A stretch of DNA of 64,000 nt, taken from the sequence record OU343167.1; one strand, given 5' to 3'. How positions within the stretch are numbered: position 1 is the first letter of the stretch; every line of letters begins with the position of its first letter. A program made the translations under genes and the position numbers. Shown here piece after piece: positions 48,950 to 57,894 of the stretch. The notes under the pieces were generated by a model. It made no database searches. It was not told where the DNA came from and saw nothing but the letters and a program-made list of their open reading frames with translations.

Positions 48950-50518
48950 TTATTTTATTTCGTATTCGACTACGGGTGTTGTTTTGGATACATCACCACC
49001 AAATCGATAGACTCCATCGGATACAACTAACATCTCTTCATACGAAGAAATAGCTGGGAAAGTATCTCCGATTAGTTCTGGCTCTTTATTAAGTTGCACC
49101 AAAGCTAATCGTGTTCCGGAGTTATTCGTCACATAGATGTTATTACCGAATATGATTCCTCTATACGTCGAATATTTGTTGGCAGGCGCATTCAAAGGAA
49201 TGACTTCAGTTGTACTAAAATCAGAACTAATCTTTACGTAGTCCGTTGGCGAGATGTTTGTCCCACCTATTGTTAATCTACCTTGAGATGCAACGATAAC
49301 TAATTCACCATTATCGTTAAATCCTAAATTATGATGCCATAATTCAATTGGTAGAACATCAGCAATCATGCCGATTTCATATGTCGTAAGGTTAACTGTT
49401 ATAATGTTCTTATGGATTTTATCACTGCGCCCAGAGAAACCACCAACAATGTACAGTATATCGTCTTTAACTATACTAGCTGTACGTTCGATGTAATATG
49501 CATCGACTAAACCTGGAATAGCAGCTAGCTTTTTAGTTTCCCATGTGTCTGTAGCTATCGTGTAAATATAAATAGTCGGACCAGTAGACAATGGGTTACC
49601 ATGCAAAATCAACTTACCATTATTGTAAACCATATTGGTTGTAGTTGTCTCGCCTTGGAACGGAACTGTAGATGGTAACTTGGTCCATGTTTTAGTATCT
49701 CGGTCTAACCGATGTAAGTCGGACATGAAAGTAGTAGGTCCTGTTGTATATCCACAGGCCATGTAAATATCGTTGTTATCCAAATCATACGCGAGTACTG
49801 GCATCCCACGTTGCGGCGGTGGATTTACAGTCGACAATACAGAGGTAATACCTTTAAGTTCCTTTGGCGGAATATATTCAAGTACCGGTCGCCATCCACG
49901 ATAACTAGTAGCTTCTGTTGGCGGATGACCATCGTAAATATAAAGGCCATTCTTTGCCTGAGGATGAGTTGTCGATGGTGAAAACTGTAGGTAATTACCA
50001 TTGGTATTTCTATTAGCCGCCCAGTTATAACTTCCGTTTCCGGCGCCTATAAGTTGTTCATCTGTGTACTTTGCCCAACTTCCTTTAGTTGTAACATTGC
50101 CAAAAATATCCCACAATTCAGAACCTTCATTACCTTGAGTAGTGATATCCGAATAAGGATTTACTCCAGCATTCATTAGACGAACTTTAAACATATTCCC
50201 ATCGATTACAATAACTTTACTACCATCTATTAAACCAGCCTCGTCAAGTTGGTTTGGACTAATGGAATGGAGAATAGCTGTCTTCGAATAATAAAGAATA
50301 ACATTATTTCTAGATACTTTAATCCAACCAGCATCTGTATTTATAGTACCAATGGAGTCAAGCTCAACAAGTGTTCTTAACTGAGGGTAAGTTATAAACT
50401 TGTCGCTTGTCAACTCACCATACAGACCAAGTGTCGAATCACCTTGTTCAAAGGTAGATGGACCCGGTAGTTTATTTCCTGTAGCCTTAATGAGCGCAGA
50501 CAATAATGATTCGAACAT
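48950..50518 (-). CDS. virion-family domain fused to Kelch-like beta-propeller
   Basis: MFESLL start; GDSTLGLYGEL..FKVRLM..GWRPVLE virion-family domain; C-terminal LYIVGG / IIFGNN repeats. Confidence 0.8.
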   Translation of the reverse strand: MFESLLSALIKATGNKLPGPSTFEQGDSTLGLYGELTSDKFITYPQLRTLVELDSIGTINTDAGWIKVSRNNVILYYSKTAILHSISPNQLDEAGLIDGSKVIVIDGNMFKVRLMNAGVNPYSDITTQGNEGSELWDIFGNVTTKGSWAKYTDEQLIGAGNGSYNWAANRNTNGNYLQFSPSTTHPQAKNGLYIYDGHPPTEATSYRGWRPVLEYIPPKELKGITSVLSTVNPPPQRGMPVLAYDLDNNDIYMACGYTTGPTTFMSDLHRLDRDTKTWTKLPSTVPFQGETTTTNMVYNNGKLILHGNPLSTGPTIYIYTIATDTWETKKLAAIPGLVDAYYIERTASIVKDDILYIVGGFSGRSDKIHKNIITVNLTTYEIGMIADVLPIELWHHNLGFNDNGELVIVASQGRLTIGGTNISPTDYVKISSDFSTTEVIPLNAPANKYSTYRGIIFGNNIYVTNNSGTRLALVQLNKEPELIGDTFPAISSYEEMLVVSDGVYRFGGDVSKTTPVVEYEIK

Positions 50519-50682
50519 AATTTTATCCATTGAAAAGTGACTGTTTACAGAGGGGTGGCTGTATAGAACTTCACGTTCCTACTCCCTTTCCGTCTAAGGC
50601 CTCCCCATTATAGGTACTTACCAAAAGACTAAATCATACAATTTGCAACATAAAGCCCGCCTTTCGGCAGGCCTTATTAAAA

Positions 50683-50768
50683 TGGTAGGAGCAGAGGGAC
50701 TCGAACCCACAGTGCCTTACGACGGCTGGACCTAAACCAGCTGGCTATACCAATTCGCCTATGCTCCC
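50683..50768 (-). tRNA. tRNA-Leu(TAG)
   Basis: GCTGG-TT TAG GT-CCAGC, long variable arm, TTCGAGT, CCA. Confidence 0.95.
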
Positions 50769-50793
50769 ATGTAAAATAGCGCTTAACGCTAAT

Positions 50794-50827
50794 TCTTACA
50801 TATAATCACTATACCAGTATTTCTTTT
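50794..50827 (-). repeat. 34-bp Kelch-to-tRNA junction repeat, copy 1
   Basis: TCTTACATA-N8-ATACCAGTATTTCTTTT (+ strand); second copy at 53704-53737. Confidence 0.85.
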
Positions 50828-51765
50828 CACGGGTTTTCTGGATCGTAAACCCACAGGTCATTATGATAGACACCATTTGTATAACCGCCAGATAAATAAA
50901 TCTTACCGTTATAAACTTCCATATTGGCGTAGAACCGAGTAGGCGGCATCTTACCAGGAGGAAGAATTATATTTGACCATGTGTCAGTTTCAATATCGTA
51001 AACACTGAAAATATGATCGTTATTAATAGTGTTAGGAGTAGAACTTGTACCAGATTGCCCACCGAATACATAGATCTTATTATTAAGAGCTACGGCTGAA
51101 TGTCTGTTCCTATTTACAAGACCATTCTTGTGGGCAGTCCATGTGTTGTTGTCGACATTATAACTTCTGAATGACGTAACTGACGTATTAGCTGTTTCAT
51201 AGCCACCTAACGTGTAGAGGCGTCGACCATGACTTGTTAAAGTCGCATAACGAATTTGATAAGGTGGTGTCAAGTTAGCTACTGTGAAGTTATCGGTATT
51301 ATAGCTCTTAAATTCATACATAATACCTTGTGCACCGTTACCACCAAATAGGTACACCTTATTATCAATAGCTGACATGCAATGACTGTTACGTACGGCC
51401 AATCCACCATTAGAGCGTGTTACAGGTGTAATTGTCTCACCATCAATCGTAAACTCAATCATCGTGTTTGTATCAGCAGAACCAGTGTATCCACCGAATA
51501 CATAAAACTTGTTATCAACTAAACCACCAGCTGCACGTAAATTAACGTTTGCTCCTGCCGGTAGTTCTTTCCATTCGTCTGTTAAGAAATCATAGACGGA
51601 TACAGTATTGAACGCGTTAGTGGTAGCACGTCTACCACCGAAGATATAAAGTTTGTCTCCTACGACAACAGAGGTTGACTGGTTTCTTCCGACGTCGGGT
51701 CCCTGTAGCTGAACCCAACCTTGCTTACTTTTATATTCCCCAATTCCTAACAATGCTTCAAACAT
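50827..51765 (-). CDS. Kelch-repeat beta-propeller protein
   Basis: six repeats such as KLYIFGG..VYDFLTDEW, KFYVFGG, KVYLFGG, RLYTLGG, KIYVFGG, KIYLSGG; MFEALL start. Confidence 0.92.
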   Translation of the reverse strand: MFEALLGIGEYKSKQGWVQLQGPDVGRNQSTSVVVGDKLYIFGGRRATTNAFNTVSVYDFLTDEWKELPAGANVNLRAAGGLVDNKFYVFGGYTGSADTNTMIEFTIDGETITPVTRSNGGLAVRNSHCMSAIDNKVYLFGGNGAQGIMYEFKSYNTDNFTVANLTPPYQIRYATLTSHGRRLYTLGGYETANTSVTSFRSYNVDNNTWTAHKNGLVNRNRHSAVALNNKIYVFGGQSGTSSTPNTINNDHIFSVYDIETDTWSNIILPPGKMPPTRFYANMEVYNGKIYLSGGYTNGVYHNDLWVYDPENP

Positions 51766-51825
51766 AACGATTACCTTTCGTCAAAATCATAACATATAAC
51801 CTCCCCGAAGGGAGGCTTTATGTTT

Positions 51826-52041
51826 TTAATCTTGATTAGCTAACCATTCTTTAAGAAGAGCAACGAAATTGACAGGCTCTTTTACAATTTGACCATTTCG
51901 ACAAACTGGTACTTTTTCAATATTCGGGTCATCCATAATTGGTCGATACCATTCCTGGAATTTCTTATTCAGGTCCCGACTAAAAATTTCCGTAATGAGT
52001 GCGCCAAGTCCATCGTCTTGGAACGGAGCGGTTTCGTACAT
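51826..52041 (-). CDS. hypothetical protein
   Basis: AGAGGA RBS; start moved to MYETAP. Confidence 0.65.
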   Translation of the reverse strand: MYETAPFQDDGLGALITEIFSRDLNKKFQEWYRPIMDDPNIEKVPVCRNGQIVKEPVNFVALLKEWLANQD

Positions 52042-52328
52042 TTTTGTTCCTCTGTAGTTATAGCAAGTTTTACAAGGGCTAGCCGGTGGGTTACCCAAGC
52101 TGTAATGAAATCTCCACGTGTAGTACAATCGTAGCTTACATGTGCTTGATATTCAGGATGGTTAATATTGAATTTATCTATGACCTTAGACCGTAGATAG
52201 TCTTCTGCTGCTTTTGTTGACATCCCTTCTGTATTTGGGAATTCTTCTATAAGTAGCTCTGACAACATTTTATTTCTTGAAGCTAGGTCTATATCAGCCT
52301 CAGTATGACATGGCATGAAAGCTGTCAT
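51969..52328 (-). CDS. hypothetical protein
   Basis: GAGGT RBS; overlaps downstream gene. Confidence 0.6.
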   Translation of the reverse strand: MTAFMPCHTEADIDLASRNKMLSELLIEEFPNTEGMSTKAAEDYLRSKVIDKFNINHPEYQAHVSYDCTTRGDFITAWVTHRLALVKLAITTEEQKCTKPLRSKTMDLAHSLRKFLVGT

Positions 52329-52330
52329 GA

Positions 52331-52522
52331 TTACCTCTTTACATCCTTTGACATACTGTTATATAGCCCAGTATAAAACGACATAAAACTCTCCTTATCG
52401 GAGAGTCGTATATCGGACATTAAAACCAGTCTCTTTTTGATCGTAATGTCCATCGTGAGGTGACAGTTAGTGGAACTGAAGAGACACCTTTCGGTATGGG
52501 CGGCCCATTCGACTTCCCTCAA
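52331..52522 (-). CDS. hypothetical protein
   Basis: packed ORF. Confidence 0.5.
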   Translation of the reverse strand: MREVEWAAHTERCLFSSTNCHLTMDITIKKRLVLMSDIRLSDKESFMSFYTGLYNSMSKDVKR

Positions 52523-53001
52523 TCATCGGCTTGCCACTATTAGCCTTTGGTTTCCGGGTGCTATAAATGGTCACATCGAAATACTACAGTCTGCTGGACC
52601 TAAAGTGAGATGTTTCTACAGGTAGCTTTCGATGAAGTAACTTTGTTCGTTACATATTGTAATCAACTGGGTATTATTTTAATCAAGCGTACAGAGTACA
52701 CCGATTAAACGGAACGGGCAGGTCAAGACCCACCAAATAGCTTCGAACACAGCACCAATGATTTCACCAACTACATTGAGGGCTTGTCGCCCTTTATGCT
52801 GTTTTTCTTTTTTGTCATCAGTCATTATTAACAAACCATAATTGGTACTTCAAGTCCATTGCGTTTGCAATGCTCTTCAAGTTTACGTTGAGCCTGGTTG
52901 AACTTAGCCAGTGTCTCAAGAGTTTTCTCTCGGTTGCCAGCAAGTTGTTCTGGAGTTTGATGAGCATGAATTGCTTTTATATAAAGATTAGGAACCATAA
53001 G

Positions 53002-53538
53002 TCACCCGAAAGATTTACGTGCGTCGGCTTCATTGTCAAACAAACGACAACCCCAAATATAAGCTGCGTCTAGTTCAGCACGGAAACATTTCTTAACTTC
53101 CTCACTAGCTGTCTTCATGTAGTTGTCTACAGCATCTAAGAAAGAATAACCTTCAGCTTTACCTACAAAGCTGGCTATACTAGATTCGCCAGTAGCGCGA
53201 TGTCCTTCTTGCCAAATTTCATATTCTTTCTTCTTAAGTACAGAATCACGCTGTTCTTCTAAGACTTTCATTACTTGATCAAAGTCTTCATAACCCATGC
53301 GACTGAGTCGAGCAATGAGACTTTGCTGTGCTTTACCATCTAACAAAGTCTCATGCATCTCTTTGGTAGCTTCTAGGTACACGCCGTTTTGAAGGAGGAT
53401 CAAGAAGTCATTAAACTTCATATATTCACCACCCTCGTTATCTAAGACCATCTTAGTCTCATTGACAGTGTCCTGTGGACTCAATAGAATCTTAGGCACT
53501 GCGGGCGACCAACGTTTAATCAAACTTAATGCTGACAT
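53002..53538 (-). CDS. hypothetical protein
   Basis: AAAGGA RBS; start moved to MSALS. Confidence 0.75.
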   Translation of the reverse strand: MSALSLIKRWSPAVPKILLSPQDTVNETKMVLDNEGGEYMKFNDFLILLQNGVYLEATKEMHETLLDGKAQQSLIARLSRMGYEDFDQVMKVLEEQRDSVLKKKEYEIWQEGHRATGESSIASFVGKAEGYSFLDAVDNYMKTASEEVKKCFRAELDAAYIWGCRLFDNEADARKSFG

Positions 53539-53600
53539 GTTATTTCCTTTTGTAATAGTTGACATAAAGCTCTCCCCGAAGGGAGAGCACTATGACGCAT

Positions 53601-53689
53601 TGGTGGAGAGGACTGGACTCGAACCAGTAATGCCCGATACGGACGGCTGATTTACAGTCAGCTGGGGTTACCAATTTTCCTATCTCTCC
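53601..53689 (-). tRNA. tRNA-Tyr(GTA)
   Basis: GCTGA-CT GTA AA-TCAGC, long variable arm, TTCGAGT, CCA. Confidence 0.93.
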
Positions 53690-53703
53690 GAAATCTGGTA
53701 TAG

Positions 53704-53737
53704 TCTTACATAGTATTACCATACCAGTATTTCTTTT
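53704..53737 (-). repeat. 34-bp Kelch-to-tRNA junction repeat, copy 2
   Basis: matches 50794-50827 apart from an 8-nt central segment. Confidence 0.85.
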
Positions 53738-55592
53738 ATGGCCTATATGCGTAGAGCTCATTACCTTTCACACCGTTTGGTCTATTACCGCCAGCGATAT
53801 ATAAGGTATCAGCACATGCAGCCATCATAGCAGCATCGCCGTTTATAGGAATGTCGGGGAGTCTTGTCCACGCACCACTGACTGTATCATATTCCCAGAA
53901 ATCATTCAATCCAGTGCTTGGACTAGCGCCGCCACCTATATAAAGTTTATTATCAATCGCAGCTAATAGACAACCTACACGAGCAACAAAGCTGGCGGGT
54001 ACGTTAGATATGGTAGACCATGTACCAGCGACCAAATCAAGAACACGAATGGTTTTAGTCATGGTGTTAGAACTAATCCAACCACAGGCAATGTAAAGTT
54101 TATTATTCACAATAACCATTGCCGCTCTAGCCAATCCTTCTGGAGCAAGTTGGGGTAATTTATACCATTTGCTTCCAGCCGCAGCATCTAAACTATAACG
54201 ATAAATAGCTCTATCGGTGCGTCCATCATCACCAAAAAGATAGGCATATCTACCAAAAGATGTCATGCAGTGGTTTGTTCGCCATGTGGGTGCGTTTGGT
54301 TCAGATATACTGTCACTCCACTTGTCTTCTAGATGGTTATAAGAATACAGATCTGGAGAATAGTTACTACCAGAGAAAATAAGAATCTGGTCAGCGACAG
54401 TTGTGGCTGCCGATTGATAACGTGCAGGAGGTTTAACTGGTCCTTCTTTCCACGTATCTGTAAATACATCGTAAATCAAGTTTGTATTCTTTACTGCACC
54501 ATCACTACCAAACATAACAAACAGTTCTGAATAAGTACTTGCTACGGCTGCTTGCACCCTACCGCCAGGCATGTCTGCTTTTCTTACCCATGTTTTCTCT
54601 GGGACAGGTTCCCAGTTTTCGGGAGCACGAGATACCTTGTAGATTTCTTTTATTTTATTTGTTGTGCTAGTCCAGTTAGTAGAGAATGGTTCAGATGTAC
54701 CACCGACAATATAAATATCATCTTTTAGTCCAATAACACCCGACATGTTTCGATATGATAATCCGGTATCCGATGAGCGTGCCCAAGATTTTTTGACTGG
54801 ATTATAACGATGGAGGTATATTTTGTTACCTTGACCGAGGTTACCCCAGCCGGTATAGTTATAGTAACCTTCATCATCAATAAAACCACCATGCCATACA
54901 TGGTGATATGCAGGGTCCATTGTCTGCCATAATTCCCATTGTTTGGAAATAAGATTAAATCGATGTATTCTTAGGTTCTGATTATTTGCCCATCCACCCA
55001 AACAATAGATATAATCTCCATGTCCAAAAATTGACATACCTGCTAATATCCCACCACCGACATCATCAAAACTTGGTAATCCTGGATAATTTTCAAGAGT
55101 CGCGCCAGTAAGTGGATTTAATTTATAGAATCCGGCTTTATAACTGGGTAAAACATATATGTCCCCTCTATGCTGACATACAGCATTCCCATACGACGTC
55201 TGTGGTAAACGTCCCGTTAACTCAACTGCACTAGTTAACCCAGGTAAATTCAATGCACCTGTCGTTGATAAAAGACCAGCTAAATTAGTAGAAAATTGGC
55301 CGCCTGGTATTAGCATTCTATTATTATAAATAGTTGCTCCATTGATGGAAATAGTTCTAGCATGGTTTCCACCAACAGTCATCGACATATCGGACAGTTT
55401 AAATATTTCAGTTGCAGAGCGGATAGCTCCAGTAGAATCTTGACCGCCAACTACATATAAGTTATCGTTATCCATCGCAACGATTGGACCTGCAATACCC
55501 ACTGGAAGGTCAGCTACCTTCTTGGTTCGCATATAAAAGGGTACATATGGAGCTCTCTCCATTGCACCAGAACTGAGTAATATCTCGAACAT
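53736..55592 (-). CDS. double Kelch beta-propeller protein
   Basis: about 12 GG-containing repeats (LYVVGG, YCLGG, IYIVGG, LYIACG, LYIGGG, LYIAGG); MFEILL start. Confidence 0.9.
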   Translation of the reverse strand: MFEILLSSGAMERAPYVPFYMRTKKVADLPVGIAGPIVAMDNDNLYVVGGQDSTGAIRSATEIFKLSDMSMTVGGNHARTISINGATIYNNRMLIPGGQFSTNLAGLLSTTGALNLPGLTSAVELTGRLPQTSYGNAVCQHRGDIYVLPSYKAGFYKLNPLTGATLENYPGLPSFDDVGGGILAGMSIFGHGDYIYCLGGWANNQNLRIHRFNLISKQWELWQTMDPAYHHVWHGGFIDDEGYYNYTGWGNLGQGNKIYLHRYNPVKKSWARSSDTGLSYRNMSGVIGLKDDIYIVGGTSEPFSTNWTSTTNKIKEIYKVSRAPENWEPVPEKTWVRKADMPGGRVQAAVASTYSELFVMFGSDGAVKNTNLIYDVFTDTWKEGPVKPPARYQSAATTVADQILIFSGSNYSPDLYSYNHLEDKWSDSISEPNAPTWRTNHCMTSFGRYAYLFGDDGRTDRAIYRYSLDAAAGSKWYKLPQLAPEGLARAAMVIVNNKLYIACGWISSNTMTKTIRVLDLVAGTWSTISNVPASFVARVGCLLAAIDNKLYIGGGASPSTGLNDFWEYDTVSGAWTRLPDIPINGDAAMMAACADTLYIAGGNRPNGVKGNELYAYRP

Positions 55593-55676
55593 GTACGTGC
55601 TCTCAGTTAGTATTAATGATTCATAAGATAACCACTAACGGCATAAAAGAGTAACCAATGGCTACTCATTTGAATT

Positions 55677-55711
55677 TGGCACCGCGACCTGGACTCGAAC
55701 CAGGGACCCAG
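55677..55711 (-). pseudogene. 3' half of disrupted canonical tRNA-Asn
   Basis: CT-GGGTC-CCTGG-TTCGAGT-CCAGG-TCGCGGT-G-CCA: positions ~42-76, acceptor complementary to the 5' half at 56459-56492. Confidence 0.88.
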
Positions 55712-55721
55712 TATATTTTTT

Positions 55722-56279
55722 TTATTGTGTGGGGACCAAGGTGCTAATACCCCCATTAGCACCGACCCTAATAAACCTAGCCGGAATATTGATCTTGTAT
55801 GCTCGGCACCATTTACGAATTGCGTTATCGGATACTCCATACTTCTCTCCTATTTTTACAAGTGATAGCAATGTAACATCGAGGGCAAGTTGTTCTTTGG
55901 ATGGTCGTTCCACCTTACGACGACCTTTGGCTGAACACTCGGGGCTACAGAATGTTATCAGTCGGTGACTAATGACAATACCACAGCCAGCACAAAGCTT
56001 AGTTGGATAGTTCCTAGGATCAATACCGAGCCGTTTCATCCAACCATGTAACTTCATGTGTTGTGACTGAGGGAGAATCAATAAGTTCTCTGGATGGTTG
56101 TTAAGCTTATTCTCATCCAGATGATGAACTTCCTCGTCATCGTAAAGTGGTCTACCTAATGTGTCTTCTCCAACCACTCGATGTTCGTAAACCCATCCAA
56201 ACATTTTAGGGTTAGCTATGGCTTGACGATGTTCGGGTAAATATAATGCCCTATAGCCGTTAATTATTTTCTCTTTCAT
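55722..56279 (-). CDS. HNH homing-endonuclease-like protein (paralog of 48167-48730)
   Basis: YEHRVVGE..VHHLDENKLNNHPENL, CAGC..FCSPEC, KIGEKYGVSDNAIRKWC. Confidence 0.9.
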   Translation of the reverse strand: MKEKIINGYRALYLPEHRQAIANPKMFGWVYEHRVVGEDTLGRPLYDDEEVHHLDENKLNNHPENLLILPQSQHMKLHGWMKRLGIDPRNYPTKLCAGCGIVISHRLITFCSPECSAKGRRKVERPSKEQLALDVTLLSLVKIGEKYGVSDNAIRKWCRAYKINIPARFIRVGANGGISTLVPTQ

Positions 56280-56360
56280 ATCGAACCTAGGATATATAAA
56301 TAGATCGCTAGTTCGATCTATGTGACGGAATAAAGAGTAGCCGGAGCTACTCTTTGAAAT

Positions 56361-56447
56361 TGGCTGGTAAGGTAGGATTCGAACCTACGATGGGCTTTCG
56401 CCAACGGATTAACAGTCCGCCCCCTGCTACCGCTCGGGTACTTACCA
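56361..56447 (-). tRNA. tRNA-Asn(GTT) with long variable arm (type II body)
   Basis: TGGTAAG/CTTACCA acceptor, G73, GCGGA-CT GTT AA-TCCGT, variable arm GGC-GAAA-GCC, TTCGAAT, CCA; 87 nt. Confidence 0.9.
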
Positions 56448-56458
56448 AGAAAACTATC

Positions 56459-56492
56459 CAGTCGCTTGCTCTACCGACTGAGCTATCGCGGA
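56459..56492 (-). pseudogene. 5' half of disrupted canonical tRNA-Asn
   Basis: TCCGCGA-TA-GCTC-AGTCGGTA-GAGC-A-AGCGA-CT-G: positions 1-34 of a proteobacterial-type tRNA-Asn. Confidence 0.88.
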
Positions 56493-56641
56493 AGAATTAC
56501 TAACAACTTCTTTCTTGTAGAAAAATCACAAGTAACTGAATTACAGTATTTCACTACATATTATTACAATCTGAGTATTATTTATTTTTTATGACATTAT
56601 GTAAATAACGTGTAGTTAACCTTATTATAAATATTATTATT

Positions 56642-57649
56642 TTAATCAATGGCTAATGGTGCTAGTTTTACCTGATAGATACCCGATAACAATTGGCTTT
56701 TTAACATATATGCTCCACCACCAACTGGCATTTTAGATCCACCTGCAATGATCATGCTATTATCTGGACCTTTGGCTATAGATGAAATATTAAGGAATCC
56801 AATACCTAGTTCAAATGGTTCAGCCCATTTCCGGCGCCTAATATTAAAACGCTGTGCAAACATTTTAGTTACACCGCCGACATCAACTGCATTAAGGTAA
56901 TTAAAATATTCCCCATCTACATAACCATTACCTTGCCATATTGTTGCTTTGTCAGCAGGTATTATTAGCCATGGTGTTAGTTCCCATACAAGTGTAGTAA
57001 CATTGTATCTATAGACTTCTAAGTTTGGTATGTTCTTAGTATTATCCCAGCCACCAAAATGGTAGAAATAACCATTATAATAAAATAATTGTTGACCTGA
57101 CCTAGGTCCACCGCTATAGGCTTGACCGCCGAGCCAGTTCTTAGTCGATGGTTTTAATCGCATGGCGTTTGTACCAACTGGATTAACACACATAATAAGA
57201 TCATTGCCATCAGACGCTGACGCAGTTCCCCATAATGCACCAGGACCACTATAACGCTCAACGCGACTACCTGTGCTTATATCAAAATGTTGTATAAAGT
57301 TAGAAGTACCTGTACCCCCATCACCTGCTGCGTTCCATCCAGTAATACCACCATAAACAATAAAGTTATTTTTATGTAATGTACCAAATCCAAGTGATAC
57401 ACCCGGTAAAAATGTACCAGATGCTGTTGCGCTTATCTCTGCAAATGGGTTTATAGTGAACCGTCTGAAAACAGTTGCTGCTGATTGTCCTTCCGTATGA
57501 TGTCCGGATCCAACATATAACGTATTTCCATCTACGTACGACATCGTACCTGCCAATGCTACCGGTAGGTCACCTAATTTTATAATTTCACTAAATCCAA
57601 CCAAGGGTGTTTCATCGCCTAAACCTGATGATAATAGTAATTCAAACAT
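56642..57649 (-). CDS. Kelch-repeat beta-propeller protein
   Basis: LYVGSG, FIVYGG, FYHFGGW..YRYNVTTLVW, MIIAGG; MFELLL start. Confidence 0.88.
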   Translation of the reverse strand: MFELLLSSGLGDETPLVGFSEIIKLGDLPVALAGTMSYVDGNTLYVGSGHHTEGQSAATVFRRFTINPFAEISATASGTFLPGVSLGFGTLHKNNFIVYGGITGWNAAGDGGTGTSNFIQHFDISTGSRVERYSGPGALWGTASASDGNDLIMCVNPVGTNAMRLKPSTKNWLGGQAYSGGPRSGQQLFYYNGYFYHFGGWDNTKNIPNLEVYRYNVTTLVWELTPWLIIPADKATIWQGNGYVDGEYFNYLNAVDVGGVTKMFAQRFNIRRRKWAEPFELGIGFLNISSIAKGPDNSMIIAGGSKMPVGGGAYMLKSQLLSGIYQVKLAPLAID

Positions 57650-57726
57650 GAGTGTGCTCTCAAGTAAATCATTTTAGATCATAGGATAACCTTTGCGGCT
57701 CAGATATTTATTTTATTATAATAGAC

Positions 57727-57764
57727 AGCATAATACCTCCCTTAAATAGGGGAGGCATTATGCT
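57727..57764. terminator. Palindromic terminator family copy
   Basis: GCATAATACCTCCC..GGGAGGCATTATGC. Confidence 0.8.
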
Positions 57765-57773
57765 TTATTAATT

Positions 57774-57850
57774 TGGTGGGTCCAGCAGGACTTGAACCTG
57801 CGACCAAGCGATTATGAGTCGCCTGCTCTAACCAACTGAGCTATAGACCC
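57774..57850 (-). tRNA. tRNA-Ile2(CAT, lysidine type)
   Basis: GGCGA-CT CAT AA-TCGCT arm and body closely match enterobacterial tRNA-Ile2 rather than tRNA-Met; CCA encoded. Confidence 0.85.
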
Positions 57851-57894
57851 TAATTCATTATCTACATATTAGTATACATAGGGCTCTTATGACA

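Larger units (their letters stand above)
55712..56458 (-). mobile_element. tRNA-Asn-targeted HNH cassette carrying a replacement tRNA-Asn
   Basis: 747 bp between the two halves of one tRNA gene; contains a full tRNA-Asn(GTT) and an HNH ORF. Confidence 0.75.

Noticed and set aside
56361-56447. Long-arm tRNA(GTT) as a recoding tRNA (Tyr body reading Asn codons)
   Set aside because: It has the Asn identity elements (GTT, G73), is unlike the local tRNA-Tyr, and long-arm tRNA-Asn is, from memory, known in other phages; mistranslation is not supported.
55677-56492. Functional split tRNA-Asn rejoined by splicing (group I intron, or RtcB trans-ligation)
   Set aside because: About 7 nt including the anticodon are missing between the halves, the 1:72 pair is T:T, and no group I core (P/Q/R/S) is recognisable in the insert. 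The halves look like inactive remnants.
57774-57850. tRNA-Met(CAT)
   Set aside because: The anticodon arm and body match the lysidine-modified tRNA-Ile2 type.
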